A DNA stretch of 64,000 nucleotides from an uncultured delta proteobacterium (GTDB lineage Bacteria > Myxococcota > Myxococcia > Myxococcales > 40CM-4-68-19), in the NCBI GenBank assembly GCA_903911145.1, contig CAIWCD010000003.1, positions 64,642 to 128,641 on the forward strand. Direction: 5' to 3'. Below, piece by piece: positions 18,876-28,958 of the stretch. The notes beneath the pieces are model-generated. The model was not told the DNA's origin, made no database searches, and saw only the letters and a list, made by a program, of their open reading frames with translations. Each line of letters opens with the position of its first letter. Within the stretch, counting starts at the first letter, position 1. The translations under genes were made by a program, and so were the position numbers.

Positions 18876-20411
18876 GTGAAATCTCTCCGTGCTGCAGTTC
18901 CGTGGCTGCTCGTCGCAACAGCCGTGCTCCGCCTGCCCGGCTTCATCTTCCGCATCCTCGGCATCGACGACAGCGACTTCACCGTCATCGCGCGCGCCAT
19001 CGCGCACGGGGCGATGCCCTACCGCGACGTCGTCGACATCAAGCCGCCGCTCGCGTTTCTGCTCTATCTGCCCAACGCAATCTCGAACGCGCTCTGGCCC
19101 GTCCAGCTTGAGGGAGCGCTCTTCGTCGTCGCGACCGCGCTCTGCCTCGGGCTGTTCGCGCGGCGTGCGTGGGAGAGCGAAGAGGCCGGCATCGCGGCTG
19201 CGTTTCTCTCGCTCGCGGTGGGCCTCTGCGAAGCGCCGACGGTGAGCACTGAGCTCCTGATGAACCTGCCGACCGCGGCGGGCCTCGCGCTCTTCGCGCG
19301 CGCGGAGGTCGAGGGGCGCAAGCGCGACGATCTGCTCGCGGGCATCCTGCTCGGACTCGCCGCGCTCATCCGGCACCAGGCGATCTTCACGCTCGGCACG
19401 CTCGGTCTCGCGACGCTGCTCCTCGGGATCTTCCTGCGGCGCGACTGGTTCCTGCGCTGCACCGCGCTCGCGATCGCCTTCGCGCTTCCATGGTTCTGCA
19501 CGCTCGCAATCTTCCACCTGCTCGGCGCGCTACCCGAATTCATCGAGTGGGTCTTCGCGCGCAACTTCGGCTACGTCAGCCAGGGCGCGGGCTCGGCGCT
19601 CATGCGCTGTCTGCAGAGCATCGGCGTCTGCATCGTCGCGGCCGCGCCGCTCGCCTGGTGGGCCGCGCTCTCGGGGGCAGCATCGACGCTGCGCTCAATC
19701 CGCTCTCGCGCAGAGCTTGCGAGTCCTGCCGCTCGACTGCGCCTGATCGCGACCGCGCTGCTGGCCATCTCATTCGTTCCGGTGAGTCTGGGCGGCCGTT
19801 TCTACGAGCACTACTTTCTCCAGCTCGTTCCCGCTGCGGCAATCGTCGGCGCCGGTCCGCTCGCGACACTCGTCGCGACTCTTCGCACGCGCAGGGCCGC
19901 CACCCGCGCGGCTCTCACTGCTCTCGCGTTGCTGCCGATGCTCGGCAATCTCGGCTACGTCTTCGCGCGCGGAGTGATGCACCAGTACCCGCTGCAGAAC
20001 GAGAAGGTGATCGCGATCGGCGATTGGGTCCGCGCCAACACCACGCCGTCGGACCGCCTCTTCGTCTGGGGTCATTTCTCGCCAATCTATCTGGCGTCGG
20101 AACGACTCCCCGCGACGCGCTATCTGACGACCTCGTGGCACGTCGGCAATTTCGATCCGGGACATCTCGATGATTCGATCGATCTGCGCCGCTTCGTCTC
20201 GCAGCGCGATGTCGAGCGGACGGTCGAGGATCTCGCGAAGAGTCCGCGCGCGCTGATCATCGATACCTCTCCTGCCGATATCCACTCGTGGCACCGCATT
20301 CCGCTCACGCTGGTGCCCGGACTCGACGAAGTGATCTCACGCGGCTGGGTTGAAGTGGCGCGGCCCGGCGGTGCGCGGGTGCTGCAGCGGCGGACGCTCT
20401 CGGGTCACTAG
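18876..20411 (+). CDS. GT-C (ArnT/PMT-like) integral membrane glycosyltransferase
   Basis: IDDSDF..IA..IAHG.MPYRDVVDIKPPL N-terminal motif, many TM helices, RFYEHYF, LFVWG. Confidence 0.8.
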   Translation: MKSLRAAVPWLLVATAVLRLPGFIFRILGIDDSDFTVIARAIAHGAMPYRDVVDIKPPLAFLLYLPNAISNALWPVQLEGALFVVATALCLGLFARRAWESEEAGIAAAFLSLAVGLCEAPTVSTELLMNLPTAAGLALFARAEVEGRKRDDLLAGILLGLAALIRHQAIFTLGTLGLATLLLGIFLRRDWFLRCTALAIAFALPWFCTLAIFHLLGALPEFIEWVFARNFGYVSQGAGSALMRCLQSIGVCIVAAAPLAWWAALSGAASTLRSIRSRAELASPAARLRLIATALLAISFVPVSLGGRFYEHYFLQLVPAAAIVGAGPLATLVATLRTRRAATRAALTALALLPMLGNLGYVFARGVMHQYPLQNEKVIAIGDWVRANTTPSDRLFVWGHFSPIYLASERLPATRYLTTSWHVGNFDPGHLDDSIDLRRFVSQRDVERTVEDLAKSPRALIIDTSPADIHSWHRIPLTLVPGLDEVISRGWVEVARPGGARVLQRRTLSGH

Positions 20412-20449
20412 TGCGCGCGAGTTGATCGGCGCGCGCGGCGCCGCCTATC

Positions 20450-20971
20450 GTGGCCCGCATCATGAATCTCAAGCCTCTGCTTCTGGTCGCCGCGGGAGCT
20501 CTTCTCGGTGCGCTCGTCACCTCTTCGGCGATCCGCACGCAGACCGTGAAGCCCGTGCCGCCTGCTTCGCCGACTCCTTCCACTCCCTCCATCCCGACCG
20601 CGCCGTCGCCCGCTGAGGAGTGGAGCATTCCCCAGGGGACGCTCGTGACGGTGGTGCTCGCCCCGCGTTCACACAAGACCGGTCACGCGCAGAGCTACGA
20701 GGAGGCCAACATGCAGCAGAATTTCTACGACATCACCAGTGTCGACGGGCATCCGGTCAATCCGCGGCCACTTCACGTCGAGAGCTCTGGCGCGCTGCCC
20801 ACACAGGAGGCGACTGCGCGGGGTTACTTCTACAAGAGCGTTGCGCCATTCAGCGTCGTCCCTGGATTCTCCGACGACGCGCAACAGGGCTATGCGTTTC
20901 GCTACGACCTCAATCTGCGGATCAGATCCGATTGGGTCGCAAACGTGCCCGCAGCGCCCGCGCAGCATTAG
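20450..20971 (+). CDS. hypothetical exported or membrane-anchored protein
   Basis: N-terminal hydrophobic helix, Pro-rich linker, coding-like composition. Confidence 0.55.
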   Translation: MARIMNLKPLLLVAAGALLGALVTSSAIRTQTVKPVPPASPTPSTPSIPTAPSPAEEWSIPQGTLVTVVLAPRSHKTGHAQSYEEANMQQNFYDITSVDGHPVNPRPLHVESSGALPTQEATARGYFYKSVAPFSVVPGFSDDAQQGYAFRYDLNLRIRSDWVANVPAAPAQH

Positions 20972-21045
20972 CGACAGGCCGCATCGCCGAGTTCCACCTC
21001 GCACGCCGCGTCTGCTGCAACGACAGACAGTCGCTTCGGCACTGA

Positions 21046-21834
21046 TCAGGGCGACGAGACCCGCGCGGGCAACGTCGGCGCGACGCGCGCGAGATGGCGG
21101 CGGATGCGCAGGATGCCGAAGAACATCTTCACTGCGTCGACGATCGGGCGGACCTTCGAGCCACCCGGCTCGCGCCAATCGATCGGCTCCTCGCGCATCC
21201 GGCCGCCGAGGAGACCCACCAGCGCAAGCAGCTCGATGTCGAGCATCCAGCGGCGTTCTTGAAGCACGTCGAGATGCGGACGCACGAGTGAGCCGCGCAC
21301 GAACTTCACTCCGCACTGCGTGTCGTAGAAGCCGAGGCGGAAGGCCCACTCGGTAAGCGTGGCGAAGACGCGTCCCTGCAGATGGCGCGCGAGGCTGCGA
21401 TCGATGGTGTGGCCGGCCATCAGCACGCGCGAGCCCGCGAGCACATCCCAGCGATCGTCGAGCAGTCCGACCAGCCGCCAGATCTCGCTGGCGCTGATCG
21501 CGCCGTCCGCGTCGACGAAGGCGAGCCAGGCCGATTCCGGAACTGCTTCCTGCCATCCGCGACGGACCGCGGAGGCCTTGCCCTGGTTGACGCCGCACTC
21601 GATCAACCGCACGCGATGCGGCGAGCCAATGGATGCAAGCTGCAGGGCGGCGGCTTCGGTGCACGCGCGATGGCGCACCAGATGATCGGGCGCGCTGCCG
21701 TCGTCGACGACGAGGAACTCGACGGGCCGCGCGTTGTGCAGCGACGCCTGCGCGACGAGATCGGCGAGCAGCGGCGGGAGCCGGACCCCCTCGTTGAAGG
21801 CAGGAATGACGACGCTGGAGAAGATCCCGGTCAA
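21046..21834 (-). CDS. GT2 polyprenyl-phosphate glycosyltransferase (dolichyl-phosphate glucosyl/mannosyltransferase-like)
   Basis: SVVIPAFNE, VVDDGS, NQGKASAVRRG, FVDADG, GSR, DTQCGVK, DIELL. Confidence 0.9.
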   Translation of the reverse strand: MTGIFSSVVIPAFNEGVRLPPLLADLVAQASLHNARPVEFLVVDDGSAPDHLVRHRACTEAAALQLASIGSPHRVRLIECGVNQGKASAVRRGWQEAVPESAWLAFVDADGAISASEIWRLVGLLDDRWDVLAGSRVLMAGHTIDRSLARHLQGRVFATLTEWAFRLGFYDTQCGVKFVRGSLVRPHLDVLQERRWMLDIELLALVGLLGGRMREEPIDWREPGGSKVRPIVDAVKMFFGILRIRRHLARVAPTLPARVSSP

Positions 21835-21949
21835 GGCGTGGCAGATAGTCGGGTTCGCCCGCGGCGGTCAAGTGCGCGGCGAGTGGGTGGCGGAGGATCG
21901 CCGCGAACGACGCCGCTGCCGCTCAACTCGAGTTAGGTTGCCGCCCACG

Positions 21950-24247
21950 ATGAGTCGCTCCTGCGCTGCCTTCGCCGCCCTGCTCGCACTCTGCGGCTGC
22001 CACTACAACGCCGCGCTCACGCCTGTCGGGGATCCCGTGCTGCTGGCAGATCCGCGCATGGGCTCCGGCGGATATGCCTACGCCTATGGCGCGGCCTTTC
22101 CGGGCGCGAGCTGGCCGAATGGAATGATGCGGGTCGGTCCCGATACAACGGGAGCACTCGGGACGCTGGCGTTCCAGCACTTCTCCGGCGATTGGGCCAA
22201 CGACAACACCGTGCTCGCCTTCTCGCATCTCCATCTCCACGGCGCAGGTGCAACCGATTACGGCGTCCTCGCGATCATGCCGACGCTCGCCTTCGATCCG
22301 GCGAGACTGCGTGTCGAGCAGCTCGCGAGCACGTTCTCGGAGTCCTCCGAGGTCGCAACGCCCGGAAGCTATTCGGTCCGGCTCGATCAAGGCCCGATCG
22401 AGTGCGCGTTCACAGCGCACGCGCACTCTGCGCACGAGGCATTTACGTTTCCGGCGCAGCAGCAGACGGGAACCATCCAGCTCGATCTCGCGCATCAATT
22501 GACCGGGACGATGCCCGCGGCGCAATTAAGCGTCGGCGCAGATTCGCAGAGCGCGACCGGTTCGCTCACGACGAGCGGCGGAATGTCCGGCGGCTTCACG
22601 CTCTACTTCGCGATTCGATTCTCAACACCCTGGAGCGCACAGCACCTGTTCGCAGATGGCGCACCCCCCTCGAGCGCCACCAGCGCGTCGGGAACCAACG
22701 TCGGCGCAGCCTTTGATTTCACGCTCTCCGCCGCGCCCGTCGAATTGCAGCTCGGCATATCGCTCGTTTCTGTCGCGGGTGCGCAGGCAAATCTCGCCGC
22801 CGAGATGACGTCGTGGAGTTTCGCGACGAATGTCTCGACCGCACAGGCCGCGTGGCGCGCGCGACTCGACAGCGTGCGCGTCTTCGGCGGGACGAGCGCG
22901 CAGCAGGCCACGTTCTATTCCGCGCTCCACCACGCATTCGTCATGCCGGGCGTCTATAGCGATATCGACGGGAACTATCGATATCGCGCGCAGACCGCGC
23001 ACGCCGCCGACTTCTCCTTCGTGACCGACCTCTCCCTCTGGGATACCTACCGCACGCTCAATCCACTCTATTCGCTGCTCGCCCCCGAACTCTCCCGCGA
23101 TATTGCCGCCTCGTTGGGTGCAATGGCTGCAATCGACGGCGCCTACCCGAAATGGCCGATCGCGACGGGCGATTCCGGTTCGATGATTGGCGATAGCGCA
23201 GAGATCGTGCTGGCCGATGCCTATCTCAAGGGCATTCGAGGATTCGATGCGGCCGCCGCCTATTCCATGCTGCGCGCGGCTGCGCTCGATCCGAATCCGA
23301 ATATCGTCCGCGGCGGGCGCGGTGATTCAATCGAATATATGTCGCTGGGATATGTCCCGGCAGAGTTGCACGAGGGCTCGGTCGCGAAGACGACTGAATA
23401 TGCTGCCGATGATTCTGCCCTGGCCAATCTCGCCGCCGCGCTCGGGCACGCCGAGGACGCCGCGGCACTGCAGGCGCGCGCGCTGGGATATCGGAAACTG
23501 TTCGATCCCGCGACGGGCCTTCTGCGCGCACGCGATACATCCGGCGCGCTGCAGTTCAATCCAGCGCACGCATTCGACCCGACCGCCTGGACTGATTACG
23601 TCGAAGGCAATGCTCGGCAATATACCTGGGCACCTATCCACGATCCCGCAGGCCTCGCGACGTTGTTCGGAGGAGCGGCACAGCTGGTCGCGCTGCTCAG
23701 CGACTTCTTTGCTTCATCGGCAGAGGAATACAGCGCCAATCAAGCAGCTGCAGGCAGCGACAACGGGACCGACCAGTTGGTGCAGGCGCGAAATCTCCCG
23801 CTGCATTTCTATTGGGCTGGCAACGAAATCGATTTGAATGCCCCGCTGCAGTTCGCGCTGCACGGCCGCCCCGACCTGACCGCGCAATGGACCGCCTGGG
23901 CGCGCACGACGTTCTATTCCAGCGCGCCCAACGGCCTCCCGGGCAATGACGATGGTGGCACGATGTCGGCCTGGTATCTCTTCTCCGCACTCGGGCTCTT
24001 CCCGCTGCCCGGCACCGACCAGTACCTCATCGCCTCGCCACTCTTCCCGCGGGTCGATATCGCCGTCACGGGCGGCGCATTCAGCATCATCGCCAATGGT
24101 GTTTCGGCGACGAATCTCTATGTGCAGAGCGCGACGTTGAATGGCGCTGCGTTGAACAACGCGAAACTCAAGCATGCCGATCTGCGCGCGGGGGGATCGC
24201 TGCTGCTGCAGATGGGAAACGCACCGAGCGCCTGGGGAACTCATTAA
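21950..24247 (+). CDS. GH92 alpha-1,2-mannosidase family lipoprotein
   Basis: LCGC lipobox; PNGMMRVGPDT, FSHLHLHGAG, SLWDTYR, MIG, EGNARQYTW, GNE, PGNDDGGTMSAWY. Confidence 0.93.
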   Translation: MSRSCAAFAALLALCGCHYNAALTPVGDPVLLADPRMGSGGYAYAYGAAFPGASWPNGMMRVGPDTTGALGTLAFQHFSGDWANDNTVLAFSHLHLHGAGATDYGVLAIMPTLAFDPARLRVEQLASTFSESSEVATPGSYSVRLDQGPIECAFTAHAHSAHEAFTFPAQQQTGTIQLDLAHQLTGTMPAAQLSVGADSQSATGSLTTSGGMSGGFTLYFAIRFSTPWSAQHLFADGAPPSSATSASGTNVGAAFDFTLSAAPVELQLGISLVSVAGAQANLAAEMTSWSFATNVSTAQAAWRARLDSVRVFGGTSAQQATFYSALHHAFVMPGVYSDIDGNYRYRAQTAHAADFSFVTDLSLWDTYRTLNPLYSLLAPELSRDIAASLGAMAAIDGAYPKWPIATGDSGSMIGDSAEIVLADAYLKGIRGFDAAAAYSMLRAAALDPNPNIVRGGRGDSIEYMSLGYVPAELHEGSVAKTTEYAADDSALANLAAALGHAEDAAALQARALGYRKLFDPATGLLRARDTSGALQFNPAHAFDPTAWTDYVEGNARQYTWAPIHDPAGLATLFGGAAQLVALLSDFFASSAEEYSANQAAAGSDNGTDQLVQARNLPLHFYWAGNEIDLNAPLQFALHGRPDLTAQWTAWARTTFYSSAPNGLPGNDDGGTMSAWYLFSALGLFPLPGTDQYLIASPLFPRVDIAVTGGAFSIIANGVSATNLYVQSATLNGAALNNAKLKHADLRAGGSLLLQMGNAPSAWGTH

Positions 24248-24468
24248 GGGCAGTTTCACAAATGCCCGCGGGAGAACGTGATTCGCCCGCGCAGAACCCG
24301 GATGATTGGCGCGGCTTGAACCTGCTCGGATTCGCGCTGGTGGCCGCGCGTGCGCAATTGCGAAGCCTCAACAGCTGACGGCGCCTTGAAGCCGGTTCGC
24401 GACTCTTGCGACTGCCGTGATAGGAGAGCGCCTGCTCAGCCATTGCGCTCATCACTCGGGGGCACCGC

Positions 24469-25209
24469 ATGGATCGCCGGTTCATTCATCTCTCGTTCGG
24501 ACTCATCATCTGCACGGCCATTGCGGCCGGCGCCTGGATGAATGTCCGCCTGCATGAGACGACGTCGATCGACGTGCGCGGCTCGGCCAAGCGGCGCATC
24601 GCTTCTGACTTCGCCGAATGGGAGGCCGTTGTCAGTTCGGCCAAGAAGACGCGCGTCGAGGCCTATTCTGCATTGAAGACGGATATCGAATCGGTGCGCG
24701 CGTTTCTCAAGACCAACGGCGTTCCCGAGAAGGAGATCCGCGTCTCGGCCGCTGAGTTGAACGAGCTGTCGCACGAAGAGTCGACGGTGGTGGGCGACAA
24801 GGTGCTGGAGAAAAAGGTGTTCGATGGCTGGCAGGCAAGCCAGCATGTGGATGTCTCGTCAAACGACGTCCCGCGCGTCGAGCGCCTCTCGCGCGAAGCG
24901 ACGCAGTTGCTCGAGAATGGAATCGCAATCACCTCGGAGCCGCCGCACTACCACTACACGAAGGCCGGCGATCTGAAGATCGAGATGCTCTCCGAAGCAG
25001 CGCACGATGCGCGCACGCGCGCCGAACGGATGATCGACTCCGCTGGCGGCGGAGCGAAGGTTGGACATATCGAGACGATCGATACCGGCGTCGTGAATAT
25101 CAACGCGGCGAATTCGACCAATACTTCGTGGGAGGGGAACTATGACACCTCCTCCTTCGAGAAGGATATCATCACCACCGTGCGCGTCCGGTTCAGCGTC
25201 CGGTATTGA
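24469..25209 (+). CDS. SIMPL (DUF541) domain protein
   Basis: IDVRGSAKRRIASD, LKIEMLSEAAHDARTRAE, GNYDTSSFEKDI. Confidence 0.85.
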   Translation: MDRRFIHLSFGLIICTAIAAGAWMNVRLHETTSIDVRGSAKRRIASDFAEWEAVVSSAKKTRVEAYSALKTDIESVRAFLKTNGVPEKEIRVSAAELNELSHEESTVVGDKVLEKKVFDGWQASQHVDVSSNDVPRVERLSREATQLLENGIAITSEPPHYHYTKAGDLKIEMLSEAAHDARTRAERMIDSAGGGAKVGHIETIDTGVVNINAANSTNTSWEGNYDTSSFEKDIITTVRVRFSVRY

Positions 25210-25291
25210 TGTTCCGCCTATCGGGCTTGTGCCCGGGTTGGGTGCCACCTCGACCGCGCGCAAGGTGGCCCGCTTGTCGTATGCTGCCGCG

Positions 25292-25660
25292 ATGAGCTTC
25301 AACCCGATCGCATACGCGTGGCGGATCGCGACCAGCAACGACGAGATGGCGCTCGCCTACGCGGCGCCGTTTCAATTCATCGACAACCGAGGGCAGGAGC
25401 GCGAATGCACCTGCCTCATCCCCCACCTCGGCTCGCCGATGGGAACCTTGATCAGCACCCGCTACGATCCCGATTATCAATCGTTCATCGCGTCTGTACG
25501 CGGCCTCGGATATTACGCGGTCACGCAATATACCGACGCGTTCGAGACCTATGACCGGGCCCGTTTCCTCAAGGCCGTTCTCGATTGGGGCTGGTATGGC
25601 CCCGAGGGTCTATTGCCCACGTTCTTCGAGGACGATCCGAGCCAGCACCTCGGCGAGTAA
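25292..25660 (+). CDS. hypothetical protein
   Basis: Aromatic-rich globular ORF (LDWGWYGP). Confidence 0.55.
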   Translation: MSFNPIAYAWRIATSNDEMALAYAAPFQFIDNRGQERECTCLIPHLGSPMGTLISTRYDPDYQSFIASVRGLGYYAVTQYTDAFETYDRARFLKAVLDWGWYGPEGLLPTFFEDDPSQHLGE

Positions 25661-25672
25661 CGCCCGTGCTGC

Positions 25673-26197
25673 CTAATCGTCGCTCGTATCGTCGTTGCTC
25701 GTGAAGAAGTTCATCCAGGCGAAATAGGGCTGGGCCCACATGATGAGCCAGGCGACGCCGCCCACGAGCGCGGTACGGATCACGAACTGCCTGGCCTTCA
25801 CCAGAGGATCGGGTTCGGAGGAGACGGAGAACCAGGCAAGGGCGGCCCCGATCAAGACCGAGGCTACGGCTCTGCTGTAATCGCCCTTCGTCGCCTCGAT
25901 GACGATGAAGTTGGCGTGGTTGTCCGGATCGATCTTGATCGTCACCTTCGGATGCGTCTGGCAGAAGTCCGATTGATACCGATAGATCTTCGTATCGTAG
26001 TGATATTCGATCTGCTGCCGCTGCCCGTGCAGGAGAAACTCCACCAGCACGAAGTTCGGATTCATCCGGAGATTGGTATCCGCCGCGGTCGTCGTCGTCG
26101 CCACCAACGTCACGCTGCGGCGATGGGCGCGATAGGCAACGTAGACGATTCCCAGTAGTGCGGCGCCTGCGATGACTAGAGCTGCGATCAGTTCCAA
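25673..26197 (-). CDS. hypothetical membrane protein (DUF3592-like layout)
   Basis: TM, beta-rich domain (IKIDPDN), then two TMs; GGAGGGG upstream of the TTG. Confidence 0.55.
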   Translation of the reverse strand: MELIAALVIAGAALLGIVYVAYRAHRRSVTLVATTTTAADTNLRMNPNFVLVEFLLHGQRQQIEYHYDTKIYRYQSDFCQTHPKVTIKIDPDNHANFIVIEATKGDYSRAVASVLIGAALAWFSVSSEPDPLVKARQFVIRTALVGGVAWLIMWAQPYFAWMNFFTSNDDTSDD

Positions 26198-26411
26198 GGT
26201 ATCCCCTCCAGAGCCCGAACGTCAGACTCTGAAGGGTAACACAATCAAAGCCAGGGCCGGCCGATCGGCAGCGTGATCCCCGACTCGGCGTAGACGTTCA
26301 CCGCCATCGGATACCAAGCGACCATCGCGCAGGGAACCAGGTCCCGCGCGGCGAACGTTCCCACGCGGGCGCTGCCATCTGCCAATGTACTCTCCGTCCC
26401 GCGAAGTCTGG

Positions 26412-27734
26412 TTAGAACTGGTATTGGCCGCTGAGCAGAAATTGGTTCGAGTGAATCATGCCGTCGGGCGCGCCCGCACCAGCCGCGGCTCCCTTACCCG
26501 TTGCCGTGATCTTCTTCGCGACCACATGATAGAACTCCGGACCGAACGAGACGCCTGCAATCTTGTAACGAATCATTCCGCCCACCATTGAATTGCGCGC
26601 GCGGCCGCCGCCCGCCGAGGCAATCTCGGATTCATCGGGCCGGGCAATACCGCCGATCGCAGTCGCGCTGAGCTCCTTGGTCACGTCATATCCAACCTGG
26701 ACCCAGCCGCCCCACTCAGCCACGTCGTTGGCGGTGACGAACTGCAGGAGTTCACCAAGCAGCGGTCCGAGGTTCTTTCCATCGTAGACGCTCGCGATCG
26801 CGGTGACGCCGTAATAGGTGGCCTTCACCGTCGCGACACCTGCCACGACGTCCCAATCCCGGGTCGGCGGAGTCGCCGGAGCGACCGCGAGGCCACCCGC
26901 CTTGCTCCCGGATACGCGGTTGTAATGTCCCGCGATGAACGCCGTCACGTGGTCATCGACATACTTCACGCGCGCTTCGACTCCCGGATAACCAGAGAGC
27001 TGGCCATAATCGACGTTGAGGTCGGCGTTCGTCGGAGTGCCAAAGCCGACCGGGTTCTCCCAGTCTGCCTTGAGCACCTGCGCGGCCACCTCAACACGAG
27101 AGGTCCCGAGGGAGATATTATGGAAGTATCCAATTCCCGGCTCGCGCCAGCCGAGCTGGCCATTCGCATAGGTCGAGAGAAAAGCCTGGTGGGCAATCGA
27201 CTCCGGGACGATCCCGCCGAGGATCAGCTCGTGGTCCTGGCCAAGGCGAATGATGTCGTTGGCCCATTTCAACTCGGCATAGGCGAGCCGCACGCGCGAA
27301 TAGGCCGATACCTCGCCATATCCACCCGGACTGTCGAGACCGAAGAGGTCGATCTCGAGGACGGCCTTGGGAACACCGCCGAAGACTTTCGGTCCTGTGA
27401 CCGAAAAGTTGAATCGGCTTTGACGGATATCGGCTCCGGTGGTGATTCCGCTCGCTGGCTGGCTGAGCGGGAGGAGCACGCCCTGCCCATTCAGCACCAG
27501 GGACGCCGTGTCCTGCACATAGAAGGACACGCCCGCAAACCCATGGAAGGCGAACTTCCAATCCGACGGATCGGCGGCCGGAGCAGGCGGCGCAACCGGA
27601 GCAGGAGGAGCGACCGGCGTCTCCACGACTGGAGCAGGCGCTGCATCAACCGGAGGCGCACTCTCCGCCCGAATCGAGGAAGCGCCAAGCAGCACCGCGA
27701 GCGCAGCAACACAGCTCCGGAGTCCCATCGTCAT
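26412..27734 (-). CDS. outer-membrane porin (DcaP-like)
   Basis: Signal peptide; DIRQSRFNF, LEIDLFG, RVRLAYAELKW..GQD; terminal YQF. Confidence 0.75.
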   Translation of the reverse strand: MTMGLRSCVAALAVLLGASSIRAESAPPVDAAPAPVVETPVAPPAPVAPPAPAADPSDWKFAFHGFAGVSFYVQDTASLVLNGQGVLLPLSQPASGITTGADIRQSRFNFSVTGPKVFGGVPKAVLEIDLFGLDSPGGYGEVSAYSRVRLAYAELKWANDIIRLGQDHELILGGIVPESIAHQAFLSTYANGQLGWREPGIGYFHNISLGTSRVEVAAQVLKADWENPVGFGTPTNADLNVDYGQLSGYPGVEARVKYVDDHVTAFIAGHYNRVSGSKAGGLAVAPATPPTRDWDVVAGVATVKATYYGVTAIASVYDGKNLGPLLGELLQFVTANDVAEWGGWVQVGYDVTKELSATAIGGIARPDESEIASAGGGRARNSMVGGMIRYKIAGVSFGPEFYHVVAKKITATGKGAAAGAGAPDGMIHSNQFLLSGQYQF

Positions 27735-27830
27735 TTGATCCCTCTCTGCCGGCCGTCGTGGCGGGCGCTCAACTGTCCGCGGCGCGCTCACAGAGCGCTC
27801 CGTTCAACTGCCTGAAGTTGGCCGTGCCGA

Positions 27831-27846
27831 TGCAAGCAGTACGCCA
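27831..27846 (-). promoter_or_regulatory. sigma54 promoter of the porin gene
   Basis: TGGCGTACTGCTTGCA is close to the consensus TGGCAC-N5-TTGCW. Confidence 0.65.
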
Positions 27847-27984
27847 CGATTCGCCCGCGCTGCGCGAAGGGCCGCGCGGACCTGTCACCACAGCGAGGAC
27901 GGGAGCGGTTCGCAATCGCGGGCGACAGTTCGTCGCAACCGCGCGGGCTGTTCAGGGCACGCGCCTTGCGTTAAGCAGAGCGGT

Positions 27985-28803
27985 ATGAGCGATGAGCTTT
28001 ACTCCGCGGATGTGGCCCTGGCGATCAGCGTAGCCCACTGGATTCCGCGTCTCTTCGACAAAGAGGATATCGCCATCTGGATCACCGACACGGAGAAGTT
28101 CGTGCAGGTCAACCAGTATGGAAACTTCAAGGTCGACTTCAAGTCCGGCGACCCGCTCAAGCCGGGAGGAACGCCCGCGAAGATTCTCGCCACGCAGGAG
28201 CGCATCTCCCGTCTGGTGCCGCCCGAGGTCTATGGCGTTGCCTGCCGTTCGATTGGAATTCCCATTTCCGGAGGCGTGCTCGGCGTCTCGTTTTCCGTCG
28301 ACAGCGAAGAGAAACTCCAGGCCGATATCGGCCATCTCGATAGCGTGACCAAGGCGCTCAATGAGACTGGCGCGGCCATCGCGACCCGCTCGCGCACGCT
28401 TGCAGAGTTCATGGTCCGCGTCCGGCAGGATCTCGAGTTGACGCGCAAGGAAGTGCAGGGAGTCGAGGCCGTCGGTGACCTCATTTCGACCATCGCCGAT
28501 GACACCCGATATATCTCGCTGAACGCGCTGATCGAGGCCAAGCGCGTCGGTGAGAGCGGGCGGGCATTCTCCGTGGTGGCCAACGAGATGCGCACGCTCT
28601 CCCGCACAACAGCCGATTCGATGCGCAAGGTGAAGCAGGACCTCGAGTCGATCCGCAAGCGCTTCGAGGTTCTCAACGGCGCTGTCGCGCAAGCGGCGGG
28701 AGATGTCGATAACCAGTCCGATGGTGCGCAGACGATCGCGCGAGGACTCGGCGAGATCCTCGCGGCAATCAGCAGCATCGAGGCGGCCGCGCGTCACCTC
28801 TGA
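27985..28803 (+). CDS. soluble methyl-accepting chemotaxis protein (YfmS-like layout)
   Basis: No TM; short N-terminal sensor (VPPEVYGV..IGIPI); MCP tip SLNALIEAKRVGESGRAFSVVANEMRTLS. Confidence 0.85.
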   Translation: MSDELYSADVALAISVAHWIPRLFDKEDIAIWITDTEKFVQVNQYGNFKVDFKSGDPLKPGGTPAKILATQERISRLVPPEVYGVACRSIGIPISGGVLGVSFSVDSEEKLQADIGHLDSVTKALNETGAAIATRSRTLAEFMVRVRQDLELTRKEVQGVEAVGDLISTIADDTRYISLNALIEAKRVGESGRAFSVVANEMRTLSRTTADSMRKVKQDLESIRKRFEVLNGAVAQAAGDVDNQSDGAQTIARGLGEILAAISSIEAAARHL

Positions 28804-28929
28804 TATCGCACTGCGTCGATATTTCTGCGCGCAAACTATGCAGGAATTGACATTGATTCGTCAGATCTGCGCGCCGGCAGCAGCATTCGCTCCCGCGCTC
28901 CGCGCATTTCGCGCGCCGCGCTGCTGAAT

Positions 28930-28945
28930 TGGCATGACGACTGCT
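28930..28945 (+). promoter_or_regulatory. sigma54 promoter of acs
   Basis: TGGCATGACGACTGCT (GG-N10-GC) immediately upstream of the ORF. Confidence 0.55.
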
Positions 28946-28958
28946 CTGAATCGGACGC

